NCBI RefSeq assembly: GCF_036500425.1
Contig: NZ_DASYCB010000077.1
Span: forward strand, 26,411-90,410
Length of the DNA stretch: 64,000 bases
Source: Luteibacter sp.
GTDB taxonomy: Bacteria; Pseudomonadota; Gammaproteobacteria; Xanthomonadales; Rhodanobacteraceae
Direction of reading: 5' to 3'
The notes under the pieces are model-generated. The model worked only from the letters and a program-made list of their open reading frames with translations. It was not told the DNA's origin and did not search any database. The translations under genes were made by a program, and so were the position numbers. Every line of letters starts with the position of its first letter. The first letter of the stretch is position 1. Below are positions 1-9,388 of this stretch, one piece after another.

Positions 1-769
1 CGAAGGCGGCTGTCACGGCGGTCATCATTTTCATTGCAATGGTGACCATGACGGAGAGGACGGCAAGTGAGAAGACAGTGCCTATGCCATATAGCAGCCA
101 TTTGCTGAACAACTGCTTGGTGCTGTTGAACAGTAAACACATGATGAAAATCGGCCCGAATCCGACGAAGAGGGCGAGGGCGATTTTGTTGAGCAGGAGC
201 ATGGCGCCGGCAATGACGCTAGGGCCGGCAATGCCCACGCCGGTAAACCAGCGGTCGCGATCCTTCGCGGCTTCGGCGCCCGTGCTGCCGCCGGTGTCCA
301 GCGCATCGATGAGGGCGAGTGATGCCTCCATCGTGGCCAGATTCTTGTCGATCGAATCGAAGGGGCTACTACTGCCATCCGTCACATAGGACGAGATGGC
401 GGTGGTCATGCCGTCGGTGACTGTCCAGTACACCGACGACGACGAGTACGCCGCCGTCGTTGCGACCATCAGGATCAGCGCCGCCTTCAGTGAATCGCCA
501 ACCAGCGCCATCATGGGCTGCTGGGATTGGCCGGTCACGATGCGGTAGCCCTGGAACATGATCCAGACCGTGAGCACCACGACGCCAGCAAAACCCACGA
601 CCGCTGCGGATCCGGTGAGCAGCTTCCACTGCACCACGTCGATCTCGTTGCGCAGGAAGTCATTGATGACTTTGAAGAAGACGAAGTTGGACAGTGCACC
701 TAGCGGATCAGATCCGGCCAGCAGCGCGATCGACGATTTGCCCAGAAGCTGGGTCATCAAACCGGCCAT
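1..769 (-). CDS. virB6: T4SS inner-membrane component, VirB6/TrbL family (N-terminal ~256 codons; gene continues past left edge)
   Basis: My own minus-strand translation from ATG 769-767 gives MAGLMTQLLGKSSIALLAG...VWIMFQGYRIVTG...FVGFGPIFIMCLLF, with several long hydrophobic helices. It is absent from the ORF track because there is no stop inside the window. It follows virB5 as in Xanthomonadales virB operons. Confidence 0.7.
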   Translation of the reverse strand, partial: MAGLMTQLLGKSSIALLAGSDPLGALSNFVFFKVINDFLRNEIDVVQWKLLTGSAAVVGFAGVVVLTVWIMFQGYRIVTGQSQQPMMALVGDSLKAALILMVATTAAYSSSSVYWTVTDGMTTAISSYVTDGSSSPFDSIDKNLATMEASLALIDALDTGGSTGAEAAKDRDRWFTGVGIAGPSVIAGAMLLLNKIALALFVGFGPIFIMCLLFNSTKQLFSKWLLYGIGTVFSLAVLSVMVTIAMKMMTAVTAAF

Positions 770-836
770 GATGTGAGCATCCTGTTGAGATGGAACATTA
801 CGAATACATCCTGCATCGATAATTCACGGGGGACGA

Positions 837-1628
837 TCAGAAACCTTCGGTGACCTTGAGTGTTTGCATGCCGCTGGGTTTCGTCGTCTGCATCGTCTTG
901 AGCGTTTCAGCCAACACCGCGCCGCCGATCACGTCCTGAAGCATGTTGCCGACGTCAATGGCACCTACGACGGGCAGGTCGATGCTGCCGTACTTGCCGG
1001 GCTTGCCGCCCTTCTGCGCCACGCTGGCGGCCTGGGTCTGCTGCGCACGCAGGTAACGCAGGTTGGCCTCGTACGCAAAGTTGACCGATTCCATCTGCTG
1101 GCGATCCAGCTGGATCAACGCGTAGAGCGCAGTCAGCTTGTTGGTGTTGTCTTCCAACTTGCCGTAATCCGTGGTGTTCAGGGCTTTGCGTTCATCAAGA
1201 ATGGTTCGCAGCATGTCGTCACGCGTCTTGCTTGTCTCGTACATCGTGACCATGAACTTGTACTGGGCATTCTGGATATCGACGATCTTCTGGCAGTTGG
1301 CCTGCTGTGCTTCGGCGACGGTCTTGCACGACGTGCCATCATCCAGCTTGATTGCGTCGCTGTCGGACTTGGGAAAGGGCTGCGAGGGGTCGGAGACGCG
1401 TTCGCCCACCCACTTGTTGTCCTTGGTCTGCTTGGTGATATCCAGCTTGCTCTTGATATCGCCAAGGTTTGAATTAATGGTGCTGCCGCCCTTGGGGCTG
1501 CCGAGCACTTTGTTCGCATCCTTGTCCACCACCTGCCACTGGGCATGTGCGGAATTCGCGCCAAGTCCGGCGATACCGGCCAGCGCGATGAGGGTGAGAA
1601 CACGGAAGCGAAGGTTTGATGTAGGCAT
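837..1628 (-). CDS. virB5: Secreted T4SS minor pilus/periplasmic component, VirB5-like (call rests mostly on synteny)
   Basis: Track ORF 837-1802 was trimmed to ATG 1628 (GGAG 7 nt upstream); the longer version overlaps the virB4 3' end. Signal peptide MPTSNLRFRVLTLIALAGIAGLGANSAHA. Located between virB4 and virB6. Confidence 0.6.
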   Translation of the reverse strand: MPTSNLRFRVLTLIALAGIAGLGANSAHAQWQVVDKDANKVLGSPKGGSTINSNLGDIKSKLDITKQTKDNKWVGERVSDPSQPFPKSDSDAIKLDDGTSCKTVAEAQQANCQKIVDIQNAQYKFMVTMYETSKTRDDMLRTILDERKALNTTDYGKLEDNTNKLTALYALIQLDRQQMESVNFAYEANLRYLRAQQTQAASVAQKGGKPGKYGSIDLPVVGAIDVGNMLQDVIGGAVLAETLKTMQTTKPSGMQTLKVTEGF

Positions 1629-1653
1629 GGGAATCTCCATCCAAAAAGTGAGC

Positions 1654-4128
1654 TCAGAGCGCCGCCGAGCGGGGCGGGCGCGTTGTCCGGGACGGGGACG
1701 GTGACGTCGGGCGTTTGCCGCTGCCCTTGCGGTTTTCATAGAAGGTTTCCAGCCACTGTTCGGGGCGCAGGTGGTCCGGGTGGATGCCCTCGGCCTCACC
1801 ACGTACCTGAAGCACCTCGTGCATGATTTCGATGTTGTCAGTAGAGGCCGAGATCACCGCCAGCGCGTCGTCCAGGCCGCGCAGGTTGAGCTGGCACACC
1901 GCCGAGGCGTGGCCCTGCTTCACCAGGAAGCAGCGCGAGCGCTCATCGAGGCTAACGACCACCTGGTATTCGGCATCCGTGAGTTTCAGGCCACCCACAT
2001 AATCCTCGCGGCTGGCGTTCGGGTTCGGCAGCAGGATCATGGTCGCGGTCTGCTCGATCAGCGCGGCCGAGATGTCGCTGGCCAGCGCGTCTTCCGGCGA
2101 CTGTGTGGCAAAGATACCCATGCCGTTCTGCTTACGGATGGTCTTCTGCTTGTTCTTGGCGAATTCCTTGAGGCCGCCCTTGCCGTCCAGGATTTTCCAG
2201 AACTCGTCCATCACGTAGATCAGGCGGCGGCCGTCGATCAGCGCCTCAAGGCGATGCAAGAGATAGTTGATGACCGGGGCGCGGACTTCGGGGTTATCGA
2301 TGATGTCGGTGTAGTCGAAGCCGATGATGTTGGCTCTGGACAGGTCGACCGTATCGTGCGGGTTATCGAACACCCAGCCCAGCGAGTTGCCGGCGGTCCA
2401 CTTGCGCATGCGCACAAAGAGGCCGTCATCGCCGAGGTTCGGCAGGCTCTTCTGGAAGTTGGTCATGTTGCGCAGGTGCATCGGTGTGTCGAGCATGTTC
2501 TCCACCGCGCGGAAGATGTCTTCCTCCTCGCGTGAGCTGTAGACGCTCTTGCCAGCCAGTACCTTGATCAGGTCCGCCAGGAACTGCACGTTCTCTTCAT
2601 TGCGCTCGCAGTGGAACGGGTTGAAGCCGGTGGGCTTGCCATTCTCCAGCGCGAGATAGTTACCGCCGCAGGCACGAACGAAGATCTCGGCACCGCGGTC
2701 CTTGTCGAAGAAGAAGATGGTCGGCGCCGGATCCAGCTTCTGGACCTGGCTGAGCAGGAAGTTGATCAGCGCGGTCTTACCGGTACCGGACTTGCCGATG
2801 ACCATGGTGTTGGCGATCGCCTTCTCACCCAGTGAGTTCTCGGCGGGGTGGGTGGCATGGAAGTTGAAGTAGTACGGCTGGCCGTTGGTCGTCTGCAGCG
2901 TGGTGACGCAGTTGCCCCAGGGGTTGTTTTCTTTCTTGCCCGTGGCGAAGTTGTGCAGGGGCGAGAGGCCGAGGAAGTTCAGCGAGCTGAGGTTGGCCAG
3001 CCGCGTGCGATACCGCCAGTTGCCGGGGAACTGGGCGTAGAAGGCAGCCGTCACGGCGAGGTCTTCTTTCACCGTGACGAAACCGGCGTTGGAGAGCTCG
3101 GCGCGGGTGGCGGCGATCTGCTGCGACAGCGCGTCCTGGCTGGCTGCGTAGATGGCGATGGTGAAGTGGTACTCGCCCAGCACGAAATTGCCGGACGCGA
3201 GCTGGTCCATCGCGTGGTCCATCTCGATGATCTGGCTGACCGCCTTGTCGCCGGAGGACACCATCATGCCCTTGGTGCGTTCCAGCGCCTTCAAGGCGTC
3301 CTGGCGGCCCATGGGGCTGAAGGAATGGGTGATGACGTACTCGAAATCGAGGTACTTCAGGCCATTGAGGATGCCGGGGTAGGTCCCGTCGACATACTCC
3401 TTGAGATTCAGGATGGCGCCAAAGTGGTTAACGCCGTTCGGGGCGGTCAGCACGTAATCGCCGGTCTTCGCCGAGAAGCGCTGGCGGCTGACCGGCAGGT
3501 AGTCGTACACCGGTGCGCTGAGCGCCGGCACGGGCTCGTCGATACGGTTGAGCAGGTACCCGTAGAGCTCAAGGATCTCGGAGAACACGACGCCGTTCGG
3601 TGTCTCGTAGAGACCCAGGCGATACGGCGCGTAGTCCTTGAGCACGGCTTCGACGTTGCCGGCGAGCTCGAGGATCGTGGTGATGGCCTGTGCCTGCTCG
3701 GCTTCGAGGCGGCTGACGTCGGCGGATTTCTCCGCGAAACGCTTACCGCTCACGACCGGGCGGTAAATCATCGTCACGTACAGCTCGTTCTGCATCAGCT
3801 TCTGGGTCGATAGCGCGTCGAAGTACGCATCGTTGAGCTGCTGGTTGAAGGCGTAGCCGAACTTCGAGTCATCCTTCATGCGGCGGCGCCGACGGATGTC
3901 GTGCACCCAGAAGGCGACGTTGGTGAAATCGGGGGCGCGCAGGGTCTGCAGCAGCCGGTTGAACGTGTTGTGCTTGTGCTCCAGCTCCCATTCCTCGCGG
4001 CCTACGAAGGGCAGGCCGCCCAGGCGCCACACGAGCAGGTAATCGCCTCCCGTCGTCTTCACCACGGTGGGCGAGACGTGCGTGGAGAACGGGATGTGGG
4101 TGGAAATGGGCGCGTCAGGTGTGAACAT
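1654..4128 (-). CDS. virB4: T4SS ATPase VirB4
   Basis: 824 aa. Walker A VIGKSGTGKTA and Walker B RRLIYVMDEFWKIL. N-terminal region typical of the VirB4/CagE family. Canonical position after virB3. Confidence 0.93.
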   Translation of the reverse strand: MFTPDAPISTHIPFSTHVSPTVVKTTGGDYLLVWRLGGLPFVGREEWELEHKHNTFNRLLQTLRAPDFTNVAFWVHDIRRRRRMKDDSKFGYAFNQQLNDAYFDALSTQKLMQNELYVTMIYRPVVSGKRFAEKSADVSRLEAEQAQAITTILELAGNVEAVLKDYAPYRLGLYETPNGVVFSEILELYGYLLNRIDEPVPALSAPVYDYLPVSRQRFSAKTGDYVLTAPNGVNHFGAILNLKEYVDGTYPGILNGLKYLDFEYVITHSFSPMGRQDALKALERTKGMMVSSGDKAVSQIIEMDHAMDQLASGNFVLGEYHFTIAIYAASQDALSQQIAATRAELSNAGFVTVKEDLAVTAAFYAQFPGNWRYRTRLANLSSLNFLGLSPLHNFATGKKENNPWGNCVTTLQTTNGQPYYFNFHATHPAENSLGEKAIANTMVIGKSGTGKTALINFLLSQVQKLDPAPTIFFFDKDRGAEIFVRACGGNYLALENGKPTGFNPFHCERNEENVQFLADLIKVLAGKSVYSSREEEDIFRAVENMLDTPMHLRNMTNFQKSLPNLGDDGLFVRMRKWTAGNSLGWVFDNPHDTVDLSRANIIGFDYTDIIDNPEVRAPVINYLLHRLEALIDGRRLIYVMDEFWKILDGKGGLKEFAKNKQKTIRKQNGMGIFATQSPEDALASDISAALIEQTATMILLPNPNASREDYVGGLKLTDAEYQVVVSLDERSRCFLVKQGHASAVCQLNLRGLDDALAVISASTDNIEIMHEVLQVRGEAEGIHPDHLRPEQWLETFYENRKGSGKRPTSPSPSRTTRPPRSAAL

Positions 4129-4188
4129 GGTGGTCGAAGCCGGTTGTCTTGAAAGGCCCTGGCACGAATGCCAGGGCGTCTGTCCTGC

Positions 4189-4497
4189 TTACTTCTGGTG
4201 TGTCTTGGTATCGCGGTAGTTGTTCGGGGTGAACACCCACATGCCGTCGTGGTCGGGAACATTCCGCACGCGGGTCTTGAACTGCAGGCGCAAGCCCAGC
4301 AGCCGGAAGATCAGCTCATCGCGACGGGCCATCTGGCGCATCACGAAGACCACGGCGGGAATCATCAGCAGGAACCACATGTTGAAGTACATAGCCATCA
4401 ACAGGCCGGAACCTGCGCCGACGAAGAACGGCACATACGGCACGCCCATGAACATGGGCGGCCGCGTGGAACCCCGGAACAACGGGTTCTTATGCAT
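4189..4497 (-). CDS. virB3: T4SS protein VirB3
   Basis: 102 aa. RGSTRPPMFMGVPYVPFF followed by two TM helices, as in the VirB3 family. Start overlaps the virB2 3' end by 8 nt. Confidence 0.85.
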   Translation of the reverse strand: MHKNPLFRGSTRPPMFMGVPYVPFFVGAGSGLLMAMYFNMWFLLMIPAVVFVMRQMARRDELIFRLLGLRLQFKTRVRNVPDHDGMWVFTPNNYRDTKTHQK

Positions 4498-4924
4498 GGA
4501 AGTGCAGCAGGTGCATCGCGGTGTTCACGGCATCCATCATGAAACCGCTCGCCTGGCACTGGGTGCCAGCGCTGGCACCGCCGCTGCCTTCCTTGCCCAC
4601 CACGACCATCTTGGCGATCTGGGCGGCCGCACCGATCAGCACACCACCGAGCAGCGGCGGCGTCACGTCGGAAATGCGCTTGTGGGCAAAGGCGATCTGG
4701 TAGCCCGAGAAGATCACCGCCACCGTCACCACCACGATCGACGCGGCGTTGAGGATGGTGTTGAGGCCGCCGAAGAAGCCGCAGACCTTGTCCTGGGTCT
4801 GGTCCACCTGGGCAAGGGCGATCTCGGGCATGAACGCCAGGGCGATAAAGAGAAACGCCATGGTCGTCGTCAGCAGCGGGTTCTTGGTGTTGGCAATGGC
4901 TTTGCTAAGGGAGGGCAGGGACAT
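4490..4924 (-). CDS. virB2: T4SS pilin VirB2/TrbC-like
   Basis: 144 aa. Leader ending ...EIALA-QV and two hydrophobic helices (AASIVVVTVAVIFSGY, LLGGVLIGAAAQIA). Position between virB1 and virB3. Confidence 0.7.
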   Translation of the reverse strand: MSLPSLSKAIANTKNPLLTTTMAFLFIALAFMPEIALAQVDQTQDKVCGFFGGLNTILNAASIVVVTVAVIFSGYQIAFAHKRISDVTPPLLGGVLIGAAAQIAKMVVVGKEGSGGASAGTQCQASGFMMDAVNTAMHLLHFHA

Positions 4925-5053
4925 CGTGGATTCCTTCTTTCAACGTTTTCAGACAGGGTGAGGCCGGTTCCCGGCCGTGGTTAGAACGGCTGCATTTCTG
5001 CAGCCGGTGTTGCCGCGGCCTGCCCGGATCCTTCCGTGCAGGGCCTGCAATGC

Positions 5054-6232
5054 TTAAAAGACAAAGGCGTCATCCTGCGGCGCCTGCCGGAGATCGGCGT
5101 GATCAACACCCGGTTGCGTCGGGGCCTGCTGCGTACCGGGCGCCGGGTCGTTCGGACCTTGCACCTGCGGTTCGAATACGCCACTGCCGCCTGCGGGCAC
5201 ATCGCCCCGCGGGGAGGCGGCGGATACGCCGATCTGCGACATGACGGCGGCCGTGGACGGATCGGTGCGGATCCGACCGGCCTGCGGTACCGGCATGTTC
5301 TGTGGAAGCTGCATGCCTACCTGGGCCATCGCCGCAGCCGTCGCCGGATCGGTTGGGATCGGGCCGGGTTGCGGTTGGGGCGAGGCCACGAGGGCAGGGT
5401 TGGTGATGGCGCGCGCACCCGGCACATACGCGCCTTGCGGCAGCGCCATGGGCTGCCCCGCGACCACCTGTTGTTGCGCCTGTGCTTGCGCTTGCGCCTG
5501 GGCTTGCTGGGCCTGGAGCAGCTGTTGCTGCAGGAGTTGGATCTGCTGAGCCTGGGTCATCGGTACCTGCGCCTGCGCCAATTGCACCTGCTGGATCGGC
5601 TGGGTACGTGTCGGCGGGGCATCAGATGCGACGGCCGGTGAAATCAGTGCGGAGGCGGCCGCGTCGAGCACGCTGCGCATGGCAACGCGGTAGCCTGGGC
5701 TATCGGTGGTCACGCCAGTGACATCCTTGCCCACGCTGACCACCTTCACCGGGACTTTCGCAACCTGCAACGGGATGGCCTGCGCCCCGGCGAGCGAACT
5801 CTTGGCGATCGATGCGTAGATCTTCTGGACGTAACCGTCGCGATAGCCGGTGGTGAAGTTGCCCGAGTAGTAGCAGCTGAAGGCCTTGCCCCAGTCGCGG
5901 TTCGCACTGGCATAGCATTGCGCGAGAATCTGCGAGCCCGCCGAGAGGTTGGGGCAGACCTCGAACGCCTTCTCGTAACTATCGATGCCGTACTTGCCGA
6001 GGTTGTTGCGGTTGATTTGCGCGACGCCCAGCGAGTAGTTGTAGCCCTTCTGCTCCAGCATGCGCACCGTGGCCACGGCTTCGCCGAGGTTCTGCGGCTG
6101 GCGCACGAGCTGGCCGCCGACCACGCCGATGGCGTAGCGGTTCTGGCTCGACTCCACGTTGACGACGTGCTGCATCACCTCTGCCGGTACGGCAAGGTGT
6201 TGGCAACCCATCATTTCCAGTCCTGGTAGCAC
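5054..6232 (-). CDS. virB1: Lytic transglycosylase VirB1 with long Q/A/P-rich C-terminal region
   Basis: GTG start at 6232 with AGGAG 8 nt upstream. SLT-domain motifs (VVNVESSQN catalytic Glu, LGVAQIN, CYYSGNF). C-terminal ~200 aa are low complexity (QAQQAQAQAQAQAQQQ, PQPQPGP). Confidence 0.88.
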   Translation of the reverse strand: MLPGLEMMGCQHLAVPAEVMQHVVNVESSQNRYAIGVVGGQLVRQPQNLGEAVATVRMLEQKGYNYSLGVAQINRNNLGKYGIDSYEKAFEVCPNLSAGSQILAQCYASANRDWGKAFSCYYSGNFTTGYRDGYVQKIYASIAKSSLAGAQAIPLQVAKVPVKVVSVGKDVTGVTTDSPGYRVAMRSVLDAAASALISPAVASDAPPTRTQPIQQVQLAQAQVPMTQAQQIQLLQQQLLQAQQAQAQAQAQAQQQVVAGQPMALPQGAYVPGARAITNPALVASPQPQPGPIPTDPATAAAMAQVGMQLPQNMPVPQAGRIRTDPSTAAVMSQIGVSAASPRGDVPAGGSGVFEPQVQGPNDPAPGTQQAPTQPGVDHADLRQAPQDDAFVF

Positions 6233-6271
6233 CTTTACAACTCCTGTCTTATGACCTGATGTTCTTGAGTG

Positions 6272-7309
6272 TTACCCCCCGTCCGCGCCCAACGCGCGAG
6301 CCGGGTTGAAATCGATGCCGGTGATGTAGCGCCGGCCCGCATGCGCCTTGATGTGCACCACGATGTCGATGGTGAGCATCAGGAGCCGTTTGATCGTGCT
6401 GAACTCGAGCCCTGCACCTTCCGTGGAAGCCTTCACCATCAGCGCGAGCTGGTCCCAGGTCTGTTCCACGCTGCCCGCGTGGCAGCTGGTGATCGAACCC
6501 GGGTGGCCTGAAGCGCAGTTACGGATGAAGTAAAACGATTCGTCGCCGCGAAGCTCGGCGAGGATGATCCTGTCCGGCTTCATGCGCAGGCAGGCTTCCA
6601 TGCAGCTCTTCGCGGTGACATTGCTCTGGCTTTGTCCGCCCTTGGAATAGAGCAGGTGGACGACGTTGGGCTGGTCGATGAACAGCTCGCGAGCATCCTC
6701 GATGGTGACCAGTCGCTCGTCCTGCGGGATGTGGTTCACCAGCGATTTCATGAACGTGGTCTTGCCGCTGCCGGTGGCGCCGGCGACGACGATGTTCTTC
6801 TTGCTGAGCACCGCGTGGCGGAAGAAATCCGCGTAGCGGCGTTCGGCGCGCAGTTCGAGCAGTTCCTGGTCGGCCTGGCTGATCGCGTTAGCGCCTTCCA
6901 GGATCTCGTTGAAGAAGCCGTCTTCGTGGTATTGCGCGAGGGTACGTGTCTGCTTCGACGGCAAACGGATCGTGATCGACACCCGCCCGGCCTCGCAGGC
7001 CGGGGGGATGACGAACTGCGCACGCTGCCCGGTCGGGAAGGTCAGCGACACCACGGGATCGACATCCGTGATGCGCTGGCCGGTGTTGCTTTCATTCACC
7101 ACGGCCGTGCAGAACTGGCGTGCCCGCTCGAAGGTGAGCGAGGGCACATCCACGCGCTGCCAGCCGCCACGCCGTTCCAGATACAGCTCGCCCGGGCGGT
7201 TGATGCAGATTTCCGTGACGTCCGGCTCGGCAAGGAAATCCTTTACGCCCAGCACTTCGTACTGGTATTCGAGGAAGTCGTTGCCGACGGCGGCGAGTGC
7301 GCTTTCCAT
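6272..7309 (-). CDS. virB11: T4SS ATPase VirB11
   Basis: Walker A GATGSGKTTF, plus RIILAELRGDE and GHPGSITSCHAG boxes typical of VirB11/GspE-like ATPases. Trimmed to ATG 7309, just downstream of the virB10 stop at 7317; the alternative ATG at 7351 would overlap virB10. Confidence 0.9.
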   Translation of the reverse strand: MESALAAVGNDFLEYQYEVLGVKDFLAEPDVTEICINRPGELYLERRGGWQRVDVPSLTFERARQFCTAVVNESNTGQRITDVDPVVSLTFPTGQRAQFVIPPACEAGRVSITIRLPSKQTRTLAQYHEDGFFNEILEGANAISQADQELLELRAERRYADFFRHAVLSKKNIVVAGATGSGKTTFMKSLVNHIPQDERLVTIEDARELFIDQPNVVHLLYSKGGQSQSNVTAKSCMEACLRMKPDRIILAELRGDESFYFIRNCASGHPGSITSCHAGSVEQTWDQLALMVKASTEGAGLEFSTIKRLLMLTIDIVVHIKAHAGRRYITGIDFNPARALGADGG

Positions 7310-7316
7310 GCTTGTC

Positions 7317-8567
7317 TCAGTACCTTGCCACGACGCCGGCGAAATCCACATCGCGCGCCACGTAAATGGCGAGGATGGTGCCCTGGTTGATCGTGACCGT
7401 GGCCGGACGTTGCGCCGCGCGCTGCACAGCCTGGTTCGCGATCTGCTGGATCGTATCGGCCGTGTTGCTCTCGAACGGTGTCTGCGTCACCACACCATTG
7501 CTGACCGTCGTCTGACGCGGGCCGTGCTCCGCGGCTTCGTACTTGAACGCATCGCTGAGCAGGCTGATCAGCAGTGCGGCGCCGATGCGGCTACCCCAGT
7601 GGGCGTTGTAATAGCCCGGGTGACCGGCGCCACCCAGTGCATCCACGCCAGGGCTGGCCATATTCACGTCGATACCCGTAGGCGTGACGATACGGTCCCA
7701 GATCACGGCCACGCGCGGGCCGCTCGGTTCCATCTCGTACTTACCCATCACCTTCGAGCCCTTCGGCAGGAGCAGGCGCTTGCCGGTGAAGGAGTACACC
7801 GGTTCGGTCACCACGCACGAGGTGAAGCCCGGCATGTCGGTAATGATGCGGGTCTCGAGCACACAACGGATGAAGGTGCCACGCAGCATCAGCGTATCGG
7901 GGTGCTGCAGCGGCTCGGCGCTGGAGACCTCGGGCAGCTGCGCACCGCCGTAGGCGATATTGCCCATGGCGCTCATGCGCGGTGCCGCGGGTGCCGGTGC
8001 TGGCTGGCCGAACATGCCACCAAACGGTCCACCGGCACCCGGCTGTGCCGGAGCGGTACCTACAGCCGTGGTGCCTTCATTGGCCGACGCGATGCGGCGC
8101 TCAAGCAGCGTCGGACCACGGGCTGCTTCGGGCATTTCCGCAGGTCGCAACTGTTCCGGCGTCGGCAGCGGCGGGGGCGGCTGCAGCGCGATCGCTTGCT
8201 GTTGCGGCAGCGGGGCAGCTTGTTCCGGCGGCAGCGGCGGGGCGGTCGGGGTCGGCACGTTGACCGTCTCTTCGCGCGGCTTCGGTGGCGGGGCACTATT
8301 GCCGCCCGCATTGAGCAGCCAGAAGCCTACGGCCAGCAGGAGTACCACGATGCCGCCGAGGAAACCGAGCGCCCGGCGATTCATGCGTCGCAGGTCGTTC
8401 GATGCCAGTGATGGCGCGGCAGCGTCCAGGTCCGGCTGCGGCGCATGGCGCTGCTGGCTGGAATACGGGTTGCCGGCCAGCGGATCGTGCTGGCTGCCGT
8501 GGTTTTCGTTCGGCGGATTGCTGCCGATGGACTCGTCGTCCGGATGGTGTGGCGTGTTCGGGCTCAC
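7317..8567 (-). CDS. virB10: T4SS core complex protein VirB10
   Basis: 416 aa. N-terminal Pro-rich region plus TM (ALGFLGGIVVLLLAVGFWLL). C-terminal TrbI/VirB10 domain (RVAVIWDRIVTPTGIDV, GYYNAHWGSRIGAALL). 4-nt overlap with the virB9 stop. Confidence 0.9.
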   Translation of the reverse strand: MSPNTPHHPDDESIGSNPPNENHGSQHDPLAGNPYSSQQRHAPQPDLDAAAPSLASNDLRRMNRRALGFLGGIVVLLLAVGFWLLNAGGNSAPPPKPREETVNVPTPTAPPLPPEQAAPLPQQQAIALQPPPPLPTPEQLRPAEMPEAARGPTLLERRIASANEGTTAVGTAPAQPGAGGPFGGMFGQPAPAPAAPRMSAMGNIAYGGAQLPEVSSAEPLQHPDTLMLRGTFIRCVLETRIITDMPGFTSCVVTEPVYSFTGKRLLLPKGSKVMGKYEMEPSGPRVAVIWDRIVTPTGIDVNMASPGVDALGGAGHPGYYNAHWGSRIGAALLISLLSDAFKYEAAEHGPRQTTVSNGVVTQTPFESNTADTIQQIANQAVQRAAQRPATVTINQGTILAIYVARDVDFAGVVARY

Positions 8568-9388
8568 TTCTTGGTGTTCCTTCGCAGACCCACGACGTTG
8601 CTGTCGTGACGAATAACCAGGTAGGGGTACGTGCCGTGGACAACGATGGTGTTGCCCTCGACGGTCGTGTTCACCACCGAGTCCTCTCCATGTTCTTTCT
8701 CGCGCATGTACACCGTCGGGAAGTTGCCCGTCGGGAACTGCTTGAGGTCGGGCATCGTGATGTACGTGAAACGGCCATCGTCATAGACGGTGGTCGGCAC
8801 GAGCCACGGTGCGGTCTTTCGGGTCTTCGAGAAGTCGTAATCGAAGTTGTAGTCGCGCCCCTTCACCAGCGTCGTATCGAGCGCAGGTGTGTCCTTCACC
8901 TTCTTCGTCTCGGCCATAAAGCTGGTATCGGACGGGTAGGAGAAGGTGATCTTGTACTGCACGCCGGCGCGACGGGCCTGGTCCAGGGTCTTCCAATCCG
9001 TGGCGACGACTTTGAGCTCGAAGATGTAGGAGTGCGTCGCGGTACGAATCATCATGTTCGTATCGACGTCTACATTCTTCGGCTTCACGTAGAAGACGTT
9101 CTCGCGGCGGTTCAGATCCCAGCCCGTGCTAAAGCCGGTGCTGTAATCCAGGATCTTCTCGTTGGGGCTGAGTTCGATCTGCGTGGTGATGCCGAGGCCG
9201 GTACGCACCTGGTAGATGCGATCAGGCTGGTATTCGTACACCTGCATCGGCGCCATAGGCGCACTGGCCGGCGTCACCGGAACAACCGGCGCGGGCGGAT
9301 GGATATCGGCGCCTGCGCCCAGGGCCGTGCCCGTCAGTGCGACGGACAGGGCGAGGACCAGGCTGAGATTGACGGATCGGTTCATCAA
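8564..9388 (-). CDS. virB9: T4SS core complex protein VirB9
   Basis: 274 aa. Signal peptide, then a CagX/TrbG-like N-domain (YEYQPDRIYQVRTGLGITTQIEL, NVFYVKPK). ATGA-type overlaps with virB8 and virB10. Confidence 0.88.
   Translation of the reverse strand: MMNRSVNLSLVLALSVALTGTALGAGADIHPPAPVVPVTPASAPMAPMQVYEYQPDRIYQVRTGLGITTQIELSPNEKILDYSTGFSTGWDLNRRENVFYVKPKNVDVDTNMMIRTATHSYIFELKVVATDWKTLDQARRAGVQYKITFSYPSDTSFMAETKKVKDTPALDTTLVKGRDYNFDYDFSKTRKTAPWLVPTTVYDDGRFTYITMPDLKQFPTGNFPTVYMREKEHGEDSVVNTTVEGNTIVVHGTYPYLVIRHDSNVVGLRRNTKK

Noticed and set aside
5440-5560. A repeat array (gcttgcgc/ctgggc units) that might be a CRISPR or microsatellite.
   Set aside because: It lies in-frame within virB1 and encodes the QAQAQAQ low-complexity tract. 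There is no spacer/repeat structure.
6909-8411. Long plus-strand ORF (500 aa) overlapping virB11/virB10. Similar antisense ORFs lie at 12556-13785, 13898-15142, 15260-16207, 56719-57735, 57757-58998 and 61281-62198.
   Set aside because: These are typical high-GC shadow ORFs opposite well-supported genes. Their translations are Arg/Ala/Gly-rich with no family motifs.
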